Source of the DNA: a virus
Strand: one strand, 5' to 3'
DNA length: 64,000 nt
Virus record (IMG/VR): IMGVR_UViG_3300035703_000070
Coordinates: 6,315-70,314 of that record
The notes under the pieces are model-generated. The model did no database searches, was not told the origin of the DNA, and saw nothing but the letters and a program-made list of their open reading frames with translations. The translations under genes were made by a program, and so were the position numbers. Position 1 is the stretch's first letter. Each line of letters starts with the position of its first letter. Below, in pieces: positions 47,512 through 56,043 of the stretch.

Positions 47512-48209
47512 AGATGAGCGAAGTAGTGGTATTCGCCAGGGTGGTTCTTAGCCTTGAGCAATTCACGAATCACCGCTCCCGAGTAGCGCATGCAGCGCAA
47601 AGCATCAGCAAAGCGCTCGTGTTTCACTTGCTCAACAATAGGACCAATTTTCTCGTCGCTAACATGCACGTGCGCGATGTAGGGGAAATATTGCATGAGC
47701 ACTTCTTCTGGCCATTGGTTCTCCAGCCAGACGCTGTTTGTGTCGATCATGGTTTGAACGCGAGGCAATGAATACTCAGCCAAGCTTTTCACAATTTCTT
47801 CAACCGTGAAAAAGTAATTGCCTCCATATTGCCTTGCCACTGGCTCAATACAAATTGTGCATTCCGTGTCCTCCAGGAGTGGATGAACGGCTGCTAGTCC
47901 ATCCATCAAATAGCGACAGTCACCTTTCCTGAGGCCGGGGCTGCCCAGGACCATTCGTCGCCAACCAAAGGACTTGGCCTGCTTGATCAGCAACTCCAGG
48001 CAATTATGAAGCGATTGCTGGTCCCAGAACGCTTCAATATCCATTCCGTAAAACAATGACTGCGCCGAATATTTTTGCAAATGCCCGGAAAACTGGCTAT
48101 GCCTTTTGAAGGGCACAGCCTCTAGCAACTCCACCTCGTCAGGAAGGTGCAGAACGATTTCCGTGTGATCTTCGGCGTCCCAGCCGATAGCACTAACCCC
48201 GAGCTTCAT
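47466..48209 (-). CDS. sugar phosphate isomerase/epimerase (TIM barrel)
   Basis: MKLGVSAIGW, QSLFYG, VLGSP..R, CIEP....YG, DT, H.HVS. Confidence 0.78.
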   Translation of the reverse strand: MKLGVSAIGWDAEDHTEIVLHLPDEVELLEAVPFKRHSQFSGHLQKYSAQSLFYGMDIEAFWDQQSLHNCLELLIKQAKSFGWRRMVLGSPGLRKGDCRYLMDGLAAVHPLLEDTECTICIEPVARQYGGNYFFTVEEIVKSLAEYSLPRVQTMIDTNSVWLENQWPEEVLMQYFPYIAHVHVSDEKIGPIVEQVKHERFADALRCMRYSGAVIRELLKAKNHPGEYHYFAHLYKPDKTSRTLASIK

Positions 48210-48942
48210 CGATAAAGTCTCCAATTAGCCCAAGGGCTTCCGACCGCGTTGGCGGCCAGTATGCACTTTTTGTGTGCATTGTAAAGTGGTTGTATTCAAT
48301 CCTATTCCCCATATTCTTGGGAGCCCAAGGGAAAAACGTGTCCAAAATCAGCTCGGTCTCAATAGGAGCCGGAAATAAATTAGCAATGCCATGAGCCGGA
48401 CATTTTGACAAGTCTTCCCAGAGGCGGCCCAATGGATACCACTGGTAACAACTATTGGCATTGATTCTTTCCACTTCATGATTATTAATCAAGTCGAACA
48501 AAATGTTCTTTTTGATTAGCCGATGGAAAAGAGCGGGAAGGCGAATAATTTGCATGGAATTGCACCAAAGCCGCTCTTTGACAAGTGTCTCGAACAGCAG
48601 GCGATTCGCCCCGTATCCCGGCTTCTTTAATGACGGCGTAATAATTTCATCCATAAACGCACATTCATGCCCGTACACGTCAATGGTTGAAATGAGGGTA
48701 ACATGATCGGCTTGAATATTATCTAAAATATCGACAATCGAAAAAATGTTTTCCAGGTCGGCAAGCGGATCCTGGTTGGCTTTCCATTTGGCTGCAGGCA
48801 GGCAGCACAGTACCAGATGATCTATTAGTGCGTCTTCTGTTGTGATTTCGCGAAAATTGCTAGACGAGTAGGTGCGGTCGAAACTGGTTTGCTCCTGCAG
48901 GGCAGAGCCGACCAAGCCAGTGCTGCCAACGAGGACTTTCAT
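48193..48942 (-). CDS. NAD-dependent epimerase/reductase (SDR)
   Basis: VGSTGLVGS, KWKAN..P..D, ISTIDVY, YG.NR..FE, IRLPALF. Confidence 0.8.
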   Translation of the reverse strand: MKVLVGSTGLVGSALQEQTSFDRTYSSSNFREITTEDALIDHLVLCCLPAAKWKANQDPLADLENIFSIVDILDNIQADHVTLISTIDVYGHECAFMDEIITPSLKKPGYGANRLLFETLVKERLWCNSMQIIRLPALFHRLIKKNILFDLINNHEVERINANSCYQWYPLGRLWEDLSKCPAHGIANLFPAPIETELILDTFFPWAPKNMGNRIEYNHFTMHTKSAYWPPTRSEALGLIGDFIDEARG

Positions 48943-48963
48943 TTTGATACTGCAACACAGCTA

Positions 48964-49641
48964 CTATACCGGCACCGTCGCGGCTTGCTGTCTGTAGTAG
49001 CGCACGCTGCAGCGGCACCTGGCTCCGCATTCACAGCGTTGGCCCGGCAGGGGGAGCGTGCCAATAGAAACTACTCCCTGGGCCGCATATCTAAGGCAGT
49101 CTTGGCAATGCTGGGCCTGACTGTCCAGTATGCGTCGCATGAGACTGAAGCCTTGCTGCTGCTGCCGAAGCTCGGCTCCTTGCCAGTAAGAGCCACGAAC
49201 GCTTTGAGCGTATAGGCCAATGCGAGCCAAAGCCATGGGAGCAGAAAGGCGATTGCCAAGCAAATCGGAAACAAAACGTTGGAGATAAGCATATTCCTCG
49301 CGAAGGCGCTGACCGACGCGACCGTATTCCGCGCTGCCCATGCCGTCTCGACCACCATGGCCAATGATTGCTGCCTGAATATGAGCAGCCTTAAGCGATT
49401 CGCGGACACTCCCTTGCCACTGGTCAAGCGTGATGGCCCCATCAATCAACATGCGCGTGAAGCGCCGCAAGCTTGTCTCCAGCTTATCAATCCGGGTGTC
49501 CACAAGCTTTTCAACGGCTGCCTTGCTTAAAAACCGCCCTTTTTCATCTCGAAATCGGCCGCTTTTCCGATCGTACGACCATTCGGCGTCCATCCTGCTG
49601 GACATCACTGTTTCGGAGAACGCCGACAGATCATTCAGCAT
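48964..49641 (-). CDS. minor head protein (MuF/SPP1 gp7-like)
   Basis: Follows the portal; C-terminal HC.DC...PG..C.C...CRC. Confidence 0.75.
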   Translation of the reverse strand: MLNDLSAFSETVMSSRMDAEWSYDRKSGRFRDEKGRFLSKAAVEKLVDTRIDKLETSLRRFTRMLIDGAITLDQWQGSVRESLKAAHIQAAIIGHGGRDGMGSAEYGRVGQRLREEYAYLQRFVSDLLGNRLSAPMALARIGLYAQSVRGSYWQGAELRQQQQGFSLMRRILDSQAQHCQDCLRYAAQGVVSIGTLPLPGQRCECGARCRCSVRYYRQQAATVPV

Positions 49642-51724
49642 TGTCAGCTTCCAGGAGGTCCTTGAAGCGCTCAGGAGCTTCTTCTTTCCATTGCTGTAGC
49701 GCCGCATCTACGTCTGCCTCGCTGATGAACGCAGCCTCGTCAATACCTCCAAGCATCAGCCCCTCCACTTGCACTGGCTCAATTGCATCCACTTTGCTAC
49801 TCACCATTTTCGCGGCCCCCTTTCGCTCTGGATCGGGATCAGTCTTGCGCTTGCGGGCGACAATCGTCTGTCGCTCTTCGCTGCTCATCGCTTGCGCCTT
49901 CGCCTTGGGCAGGCACTTAGGCTTGCCTTCGTTCTTTTCGCGGCCGCCGCATTCACCAAGAATTTCTCCATTGGCCCCGATCCTCACCCATTCCTCCTTG
50001 AACCACCTGTCAAGATCGTCGTAGTTGACATCGCCATCGTCTCCCTTGAAGCCACTGCCACCACCGTGTTTCTTGGCATACAGTTCTTTATATTTCTGAA
50101 CCATGTAAGCGCTGGCATAAGCGCTAGGCCACACCTTGAACTTTGACTTTGCGGCAGCAATAGCCTGCTGGTGGAGGTCCTTGTCCTTGAACTGCACGTC
50201 GCCCCTAACCTCTTCAAGGTCGCGAGGCAAGAACAATCCTGCTGCATCTTCCACTTCACGACTCCCGTCCATGGGCAGTGTGCCATTCTCTTCGTTCATT
50301 GGGTCGCGACCCCCAGGGGGCACAACAAAGCCACCCCTCCCTTGAGTGGAACCACCCCCTCCTTGAGTGGAACCACCCCCTCCTTGAGCAGGAAGCTCGC
50401 GAACCACCGATGGGTCAAGAGTCAGTTCCATTGACCACTCAGAGCCCCCATAGCGGGCGTCGGCCACTTCCTTGGGACTCAGCACCCCCAGTTGGATGTA
50501 GCGCCCGTCCACGGCCGCCACTCGAGCTCTCACGTCGGCCTTTTCTCTTTCGTTCAGCTCAAACAAATCATTGAATTTGACGCGCCACGATTCCGGCACT
50601 CGGCCATTTGTCGGCCCCGTCTTGCTAAGCATGATGTAGGTCATCAGCTTCTTGAGGGGGCGATGGAAAGTGGATTGCTGGTAATCCGCCAGCGTCTTAG
50701 CAAAATCACGTTCTTCGCTGCGTCCAGTGGAGCCCAGGCCTCCAGGGCTCTCGCCAAACAGTACGGTGTGAGGAATCTTGGAGGCGCCAATGATGTCTAT
50801 TCTTGTCTTCTCCAAGATTTCTCCAATGCCGCCAAAGTTTCTACTAATAAAAGCAAGCTCTTCTTTTTCTGCGTCAATTGCATAGCCGCGATAAACGCTC
50901 TTGCTCATGTCATTCAGCACCAAGCGATCCCTCACGTCATTCTCCTTGCCAGCCGCAAGCATTTGCGCCAATCCGCGAATTTTATGAACAAAAATATCAA
51001 ACTCGCTCAAAAGTGTGGCGGCACTGTTTAAGCCGGTCCAATAATGCTTAAAGCTTTCGTAAACAGTTTGCAAGCTGCTCATTCCCCACCCATAATTCCT
51101 CTGCCTGATGCGATAGGGCAGCCAGTCACCATCAAAGCGCAAAATTCTATCTTTATGGATGTAAGTGAGTTGCGGCTGTCTAATAAGATCGCCGGAAATA
51201 ATTTGATAATAAGTTGCCTTCGAGTAATCGTATAAATTTTCTTCATTGATCACTGGCGCGATTTGCCAGCGATCAAGAACTTCCATGCCTTCCACGGCAT
51301 AAATGCGACTCTTGTCCACTGGTTGATCTGCCGGTCTGCCGTCGTCAATGTAAAGAAGGATAACGGCGCCTCCATAGAGCCTGGAGTTCTTGGACGCAAG
51401 CATAAAGGTTTCGAGGATGTACAGATCCTCAATCACCTGCTCGATGCCCACCACTTCTTCCGCAGCGGCTCCTTCGCCGCCAAACAACACCTTGAAGCCT
51501 CTGCGAGTGGCCTGCTCTGCGTAGATGTCCACGATGCGACGAGGTAGCCATTCGCCATACAACGCCTCTAGTTCTTCTTGTGTCAGAAAAACAATTGGCT
51601 GCGCCTGTGTCTGAAGACTTTTGTCCCTTCCAGCGATGCCCATGCCAGTAAGGGCATTTGCGAGACCATCGCTTCGCAGGCCTGCACCAGTGGCATGCCC
51701 AAGATCAACCGCTTCTTCCGACAT
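49631..51724 (-). CDS. portal protein (DUF1073) with extended C-terminus
   Basis: DGL.N.LTG.G, RIVD..A, SRLYGG, IH..RILRF, IP.T.LFGESP.G; extra C-terminal domains. Confidence 0.88.
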   Translation of the reverse strand: MSEEAVDLGHATGAGLRSDGLANALTGMGIAGRDKSLQTQAQPIVFLTQEELEALYGEWLPRRIVDIYAEQATRRGFKVLFGGEGAAAEEVVGIEQVIEDLYILETFMLASKNSRLYGGAVILLYIDDGRPADQPVDKSRIYAVEGMEVLDRWQIAPVINEENLYDYSKATYYQIISGDLIRQPQLTYIHKDRILRFDGDWLPYRIRQRNYGWGMSSLQTVYESFKHYWTGLNSAATLLSEFDIFVHKIRGLAQMLAAGKENDVRDRLVLNDMSKSVYRGYAIDAEKEELAFISRNFGGIGEILEKTRIDIIGASKIPHTVLFGESPGGLGSTGRSEERDFAKTLADYQQSTFHRPLKKLMTYIMLSKTGPTNGRVPESWRVKFNDLFELNEREKADVRARVAAVDGRYIQLGVLSPKEVADARYGGSEWSMELTLDPSVVRELPAQGGGGSTQGGGGSTQGRGGFVVPPGGRDPMNEENGTLPMDGSREVEDAAGLFLPRDLEEVRGDVQFKDKDLHQQAIAAAKSKFKVWPSAYASAYMVQKYKELYAKKHGGGSGFKGDDGDVNYDDLDRWFKEEWVRIGANGEILGECGGREKNEGKPKCLPKAKAQAMSSEERQTIVARKRKTDPDPERKGAAKMVSSKVDAIEPVQVEGLMLGGIDEAAFISEADVDAALQQWKEEAPERFKDLLEADNAE
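50340..50388. repeat. 21-bp in-frame tandem repeat (QGGGGST) in the portal linker
   Basis: CCTTGAGTGGAACCACCCCCT twice plus a partial copy. Confidence 0.85.
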
Positions 51725-51789
51725 TGTTCACACTATTGGCTTGCTTTCATTCTAAACGTGGCTATGATGACGACGACGTTCTCTTTATT

Positions 51790-52281
51790 ATGCCCACTCC
51801 CATTGAATTTGTCTTCTCCGAAGAGGAAAGGAAGCAGGCGATGGAGGAAGGACAAAGGCGACAGTCGGTAAACGCCGCAAAGGCGCTAAGGGGAAGGAAT
51901 GGGGGTGCGTCCTTTGGGGCCAAAGCCTTGGACATTCACCTTCTGGGCGCCGCCGGCGAGATGGCTGTAGCTTCGTACCTTGAAATGAAAGATTTTTTGT
52001 TTCAAGAACAGGAGGCCCGTCGTGGATCATGCGACCTGCCAGGTATTGACGTTAAAACCAGGAGCAAGCACTGCTACGATCTCATCGTGCAAAAACGAGA
52101 GTCTCCAAGTAAAAAATTTGTCCTTGTGACCATTGAGGCTGGAAAAACTTTGATTCATGGCTGGTGCTACGGGCATGAGGCCATGAAGGAAGAATACTGG
52201 GCCGACCCGGCTAGAGGAAGGCCCGCCTATTTCGTCCCCAAAGAAAAACTTCGCAATATTACATCGCTGACGCATGAGTGA
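51790..52281 (+). CDS. PD-(D/E)XK-like hypothetical protein
   Basis: GA.GE.AVA, D...IDVKT, GW, YFVP. Confidence 0.65.
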   Translation: MPTPIEFVFSEEERKQAMEEGQRRQSVNAAKALRGRNGGASFGAKALDIHLLGAAGEMAVASYLEMKDFLFQEQEARRGSCDLPGIDVKTRSKHCYDLIVQKRESPSKKFVLVTIEAGKTLIHGWCYGHEAMKEEYWADPARGRPAYFVPKEKLRNITSLTHE

Positions 52282-52891
52282 AAATCAGCAATTTTACGTT
52301 TACGCATATTTGCGCAGCCAAGATTCTTTTTGTGGCCTCAAGTGGAGTCCTTATTATATTGGCAAGGGCCACAAAGGGCGAGCCTTTAAACATCACGGAC
52401 GGAGATGTCCAGCTCCGAGGGACAAGAGCTACATTGTTTTTGTTCAGGAAGGGTTAACTGAGCAAGAAGCGCTGAAACTGGAGCAATATTGCATTGCTCT
52501 TTACGGAAGGATCGATATTGGAACCGGTATTCTGCATAATTTAACCGATGGAGGAGAGGGAGCATCTGGCATGAAACACGGAGAACAAGCGAAACAAAAA
52601 GTGTCGCAAGCCAGGCGCGGCAAGAGATTGTCCATGGAGCATAGGCTAAAATTATCGCAATCACACAATGGCAAGACATTGTCGCGTGATCACAAATTAA
52701 ATATTGGACGAAAAAGTTTAAGACATCTTTACGAGTTTATTGATTTAAGCGGCGAAGTGTATATCACGGAAAATGCTAGTGACTTTTGCCGCCAGCATGG
52801 ATTAGATGATGGCTCCATGTCAAAAGTTATTCATGGAAAAAGAAATTGCCACAAAGGCTGGACTGGACGCATCGTCGAAACATTGCAATGA
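52274..52891 (+). CDS. GIY-YIG/NUMOD3 homing endonuclease
   Basis: FYVYAYLR...PYYIGKG...R, L.NLTDGGEG.SG, NUMOD3-like repeats, HKGW. Confidence 0.85.
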   Translation: MSENQQFYVYAYLRSQDSFCGLKWSPYYIGKGHKGRAFKHHGRRCPAPRDKSYIVFVQEGLTEQEALKLEQYCIALYGRIDIGTGILHNLTDGGEGASGMKHGEQAKQKVSQARRGKRLSMEHRLKLSQSHNGKTLSRDHKLNIGRKSLRHLYEFIDLSGEVYITENASDFCRQHGLDDGSMSKVIHGKRNCHKGWTGRIVETLQ

Positions 52892-54270
52892 GCAACTCTC
52901 TCAAATGCAGCGACTTTGCCAAGCACGTACTAAAGCTTGAGCTTTGGCCTGAGCAAAAACGCATTCTTGATGGCTACTTTGGCGGCAATAAAACTCATGC
53001 CGTATGGGCACTTGGGCGACGCTGTGGCAAAACGCTTATGGCTGCAATTGCAGCTCTTTATGCTTGCTTTGTTCTGGAGGATCAATATAGAAGGCGCGTG
53101 CGCAAAACTGAAAAATGGTACATTCTTACCATTGCCAACGACCAGAGCCAAGCAAAGCTTGCCCTGAATAACATTCGCCAGTTGCTCATGGACAGTCCTC
53201 TTGTTGATGAAATCACAAGAGAGACTGCCACGGAAATTGAAACCAGCAACAATTGCGTGTTTCAAGCCATTCCCGCATCGGCTCGCGCCTCTCGTGGCAA
53301 GGCCGTGGTGATGCTGATCATGGACGAGCTTTCCTTTGCTATTGAAGGCGATGCAAACCGTGGCGCAAAAGCTATTTACGACGCTCTGTCTCCATCTATT
53401 GCACAGTTCGGTCAGCACGGTCGCATCCTTGAACTTTCGTCACCTTGGCTAACCGATGGCCTGTTCTATCAGCATTATTGCGAAGCAAAGTCAGGCGAAT
53501 TTCCCTTCATGCAGGCAGTAAATCTCCCAACTTGGGAGGTAAACGTCAATCTACCCTGGGGCTGTGCATTTCTAGACGCCGAGCTCAAGCGCGATCCTGA
53601 TAAATTCTGGGTGGAATATGGCGCCCAGTTCGCAAAAAACAACTCTGCCCTATTGGCCACAGAGATTGTTGAAGCTGCTATCAACAAAGAGCGAGGAGTG
53701 CTCTTTCCTGAGAAAGAGTTTACCGGCACTTACGTGCTCTCTCTAGACCCAGCCCGAGGCGGCGTGGGGCGAGACGACTATACGGCTTGCATTGTTCACT
53801 ACGAAGGCGAAAGGCTAGTCGTGGACAAGTTTCACGCCTTCGAGCCCGATTTCGAGATTGGCGGAAAAAAAGAAGTGAACATGGCGAAAGTAGAAGAGTG
53901 GATTAAAGAGCATCATCGCATTTACGAATTTCAGAGCATTGTTCTTGACCAGTTCAATAGTAGTTTTATTATTCAAAACCTATCAAAGGAATTCCCCATT
54001 GCGGAACTAGCCTGGTCTGTCAGCACAAAAATGAAAGCGTTCAGCAAAATGAAAGAACTGTTCAACGCTGGCCTCATTGAACTGTATCCTCATCAAAAAG
54101 CAATCAGTCAGCTCAAAAACCTAAGCGTTATCTACAGGGCAAGCGGACAATGGGCGGTAACCGGTGGAAAGGAAGTGGGCGTTGATGACTATGCCTTTGC
54201 ACTTGCGGCAGCAATTCTTGAAGCATCCAAAGAAAATGACATTGACTGGCTGAATAGTCTCGTGCGATGA
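52888..54270 (+). CDS. terL: terminase large subunit
   Basis: Walker A GRRCGKT, Walker B LIMDE, SSP, EYGAQF, nuclease LDPA...D, DD..FALA. Confidence 0.9.
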   Translation: MSNSLKCSDFAKHVLKLELWPEQKRILDGYFGGNKTHAVWALGRRCGKTLMAAIAALYACFVLEDQYRRRVRKTEKWYILTIANDQSQAKLALNNIRQLLMDSPLVDEITRETATEIETSNNCVFQAIPASARASRGKAVVMLIMDELSFAIEGDANRGAKAIYDALSPSIAQFGQHGRILELSSPWLTDGLFYQHYCEAKSGEFPFMQAVNLPTWEVNVNLPWGCAFLDAELKRDPDKFWVEYGAQFAKNNSALLATEIVEAAINKERGVLFPEKEFTGTYVLSLDPARGGVGRDDYTACIVHYEGERLVVDKFHAFEPDFEIGGKKEVNMAKVEEWIKEHHRIYEFQSIVLDQFNSSFIIQNLSKEFPIAELAWSVSTKMKAFSKMKELFNAGLIELYPHQKAISQLKNLSVIYRASGQWAVTGGKEVGVDDYAFALAAAILEASKENDIDWLNSLVR

Positions 54271-54320
54271 TTGCCTTTAGAATTTTCAGCAATTGTTGAA
54301 ATTTTCACTTTTACTGAAAA

Positions 54321-54497
54321 ATGATTGGCATTGAAATTTCCAGCAAAGAGCTAGCTTTTCTCTTGGCACTTCTAGAGTCGGACAGGCAGACCGCTCTGCA
54401 GCTCTTGGCGGCGGAGCACGCTTACAGGCCCGGATTGTTGCCGAAATTGCATGAAGCAGAGCGAGTGCTTAAAGCAATGAAAAACTTGGAAGGATAG
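54321..54497 (+). CDS. small hypothetical protein (58 aa)
   Basis: Read manually: MIGIEISSKELAFLLALLESDRQ... Confidence 0.55.
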   Translation: MIGIEISSKELAFLLALLESDRQTALQLLAAEHAYRPGLLPKLHEAERVLKAMKNLEG

Positions 54498-54522
54498 ACT
54501 AAGCACATTCCCCTTGATCGCC

Positions 54523-54738
54523 ATGGCATCCTCCTTCACTGCAGAAGAAGCCCTCGCCTGGGCAATGAAGGCCGCAGAAGCCGTAGAAGAAGCCGGCAAG
54601 AGCTTTGGGCCCATGAGCGAGGAATCGCGGCTCGCGAAAGCTGCTTTCGAGCATTTTATGGACGATTATCGCGAGCATTGGAACGCCGCCTGCGAAAATC
54701 GCTTTGGCCAGCAAGGGTGCAAGGAATACGACGTTTGA
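54523..54738 (+). CDS. hypothetical protein
   Basis: ORF ending C.....CKEYDV. Confidence 0.6.
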   Translation: MASSFTAEEALAWAMKAAEAVEEAGKSFGPMSEESRLAKAAFEHFMDDYREHWNAACENRFGQQGCKEYDV

Positions 54739-54741
54739 GCA

Positions 54742-54870
54742 ATGGTTTGCCTGTGCTATAGCCTTTATGGCCAAAGGCATGAAATCAGGGTGCCATTTCA
54801 CGAGGCTCGTTTCGTCAATAAGCGTTTGTTCCTAGAAGGAGCCGCCGTTTACTGGACCTTTCTCTGTTAA
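54742..54870 (+). CDS. small hypothetical protein (42 aa)
   Basis: MVCLCYSLYGQRHEIRVPFHEAR... Confidence 0.4.
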   Translation: MVCLCYSLYGQRHEIRVPFHEARFVNKRLFLEGAAVYWTFLC

Positions 54871-54900
54871 GCTTTCAAAGCTTCCTGCAGGAGCCCGTTG

Positions 54901-55092
54901 GCCAACGGCTTGCCAGCATCCTCGTCAATGCTGGCACCATCGTGGATTCCGTTCACTGTCTTGAGTGAGTTGAAGCACTTAAGACGCATGGCAGAATGTC
55001 AGGGCCGCACCCTGTTTATTTCCTGATGCGGAAACATTCTGCCTCTCGCCTCTTCTGGTGATGAAAGCTGGTTTGATTCCAGCACGAGGCAT
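54901..55092 (+). ncRNA. large structured RNA, manA RNA motif-like
   Basis: Stems TGCCAGCAT/ATGCTGGCA, GTCTTGAGTG/CACTTAAGAC, GGCAGAATGT/ACATTCTGCC; T-loop-like GCTGG-TTTGATT-CCAGC; pseudoknot CCTCGT/ACGAGG. Family name from recall. Confidence 0.65.
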
Positions 55093-55110
55093 TGTTTGAT
55101 ACAGTAAAGA

Positions 55111-55181
55111 TACGTTTGCCCCGCAAGGGGTGCATGCAAGCCATCCATGAAACGGGGGATGGGGACCATGGAGAAACGGTC
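55111..55181 (+). promoter_or_regulatory. glutamine-II (Downstream-peptide) riboswitch
   Basis: CGTTT-GCCCC-GCAA-GGGGT-GCA...CCATCC-ATGAAACGGG-GGATGG with pseudoknot CGTTT/AAACG, followed by GGAG RBS and a short ORF. Confidence 0.7.
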
Positions 55182-55283
55182 ATGAACAAGCTCATGCTTG
55201 TGAAGCTGCAGCTCCTGAAGGCCGCAAGGCTTCATCAGGCGCAGTTGGCTTCAGTCTACGGCTACCGCCCTTGCGTGGCCTGA
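55182..55283 (+). CDS. riboswitch-controlled peptide (DUF4278-like, 33 aa)
   Basis: MNKLMLVKLQLLKAARLHQAQLASVYGYRPCVA. Confidence 0.65.
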   Translation: MNKLMLVKLQLLKAARLHQAQLASVYGYRPCVA

Positions 55284-55286
55284 AAG

Positions 55287-55505
55287 CTACATGGGCTCGC
55301 TACGGCGAGCCTTTTCTTCTTGGTGGTGAATGTAAGTTTTCAGTTCGTGCAAATAAGAGCGAAGCATGGCAGCCTTTTCTAGATGCCAAGGGTCACGATG
55401 GAGAAAGTAAAGCTCCATGTGATTATCAATGGCCTTTAAGCAATTGTGAATGGGCGCATTCCAGCGCGAACGGATCGGGGTGTTAAACGTCCGACGATCG
55501 TCCAT
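55287..55505 (-). CDS. hypothetical protein
   Basis: 72-aa ORF. Confidence 0.65.
   Translation of the reverse strand: MDDRRTFNTPIRSRWNAPIHNCLKAIDNHMELYFLHRDPWHLEKAAMLRSYLHELKTYIHHQEEKARRSEPM
55294..55315 (+). terminator. Rho-independent terminator
   Basis: GGCTCGC-TACG-GCGAGCC-TTTT. Confidence 0.75.
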
Positions 55506-56043
55506 TGGCTTTGAAATAAGCCTTGATGTCTTCTAATGCTACTGGCTCAAAGTTATTCCTCTCCAGGCAGGCATTGAAATAGCGCCTATCCACTTGCCCA
55601 TCTTCTGTATGAACAAGATGGCAATGGAGATGGCCGTGAACATTGCCTCGATAATGACCGACAATATTTTTAGGGTGGACAGGGATGTGCGTGAAGATGA
55701 GACCACCAAGCATGGTGCTATCACCATGGTGGAAATATGCCCCGCGAATGTCGTCGAAATATTGAAAATAGAGCTTAGCCGGAAGGCGATCGTGGTTTCC
55801 AGCAATCAATACTTTCCTTCCATTGAAGCCCTTCAAAAGCCTTAAGGCAGTGTTAGAGAATGCCACGTCACCAAGAACATACACATTGTCTTTCTGGTGG
55901 ACTTTCTTGTTCCAGCGCTCTTGAATTATTTCGTGCATTTCCTCAATAGAGGAAAAGGGCCGCATTGCCGAACCATCTGGCGCGTCAAACTCCAGAATCC
56001 TGGAATGACCCATATGAAGATCTGCCGTAACAAATGCTGTCAT
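55483..56043 (-). CDS. calcineurin-like metallophosphoesterase
   Basis: DLH.GH, LGD, GNHD, THIP, HGHLH. Confidence 0.9.
   Translation of the reverse strand: MTAFVTADLHMGHSRILEFDAPDGSAMRPFSSIEEMHEIIQERWNKKVHQKDNVYVLGDVAFSNTALRLLKGFNGRKVLIAGNHDRLPAKLYFQYFDDIRGAYFHHGDSTMLGGLIFTHIPVHPKNIVGHYRGNVHGHLHCHLVHTEDGQVDRRYFNACLERNNFEPVALEDIKAYFKANGRSSDV

Noticed and set aside
49631-51724. Anti-CBASS Acb1 activity of the DUF1073 protein
   Set aside because: I saw no 2H-phosphoesterase HxT pair domain; the core is a portal.
54990-55043. Hammerhead ribozyme (GTC...CTGATG...GAAAC)
   Set aside because: The core reads CTGATGC with no stem II; better explained as part of the larger manA-like fold.
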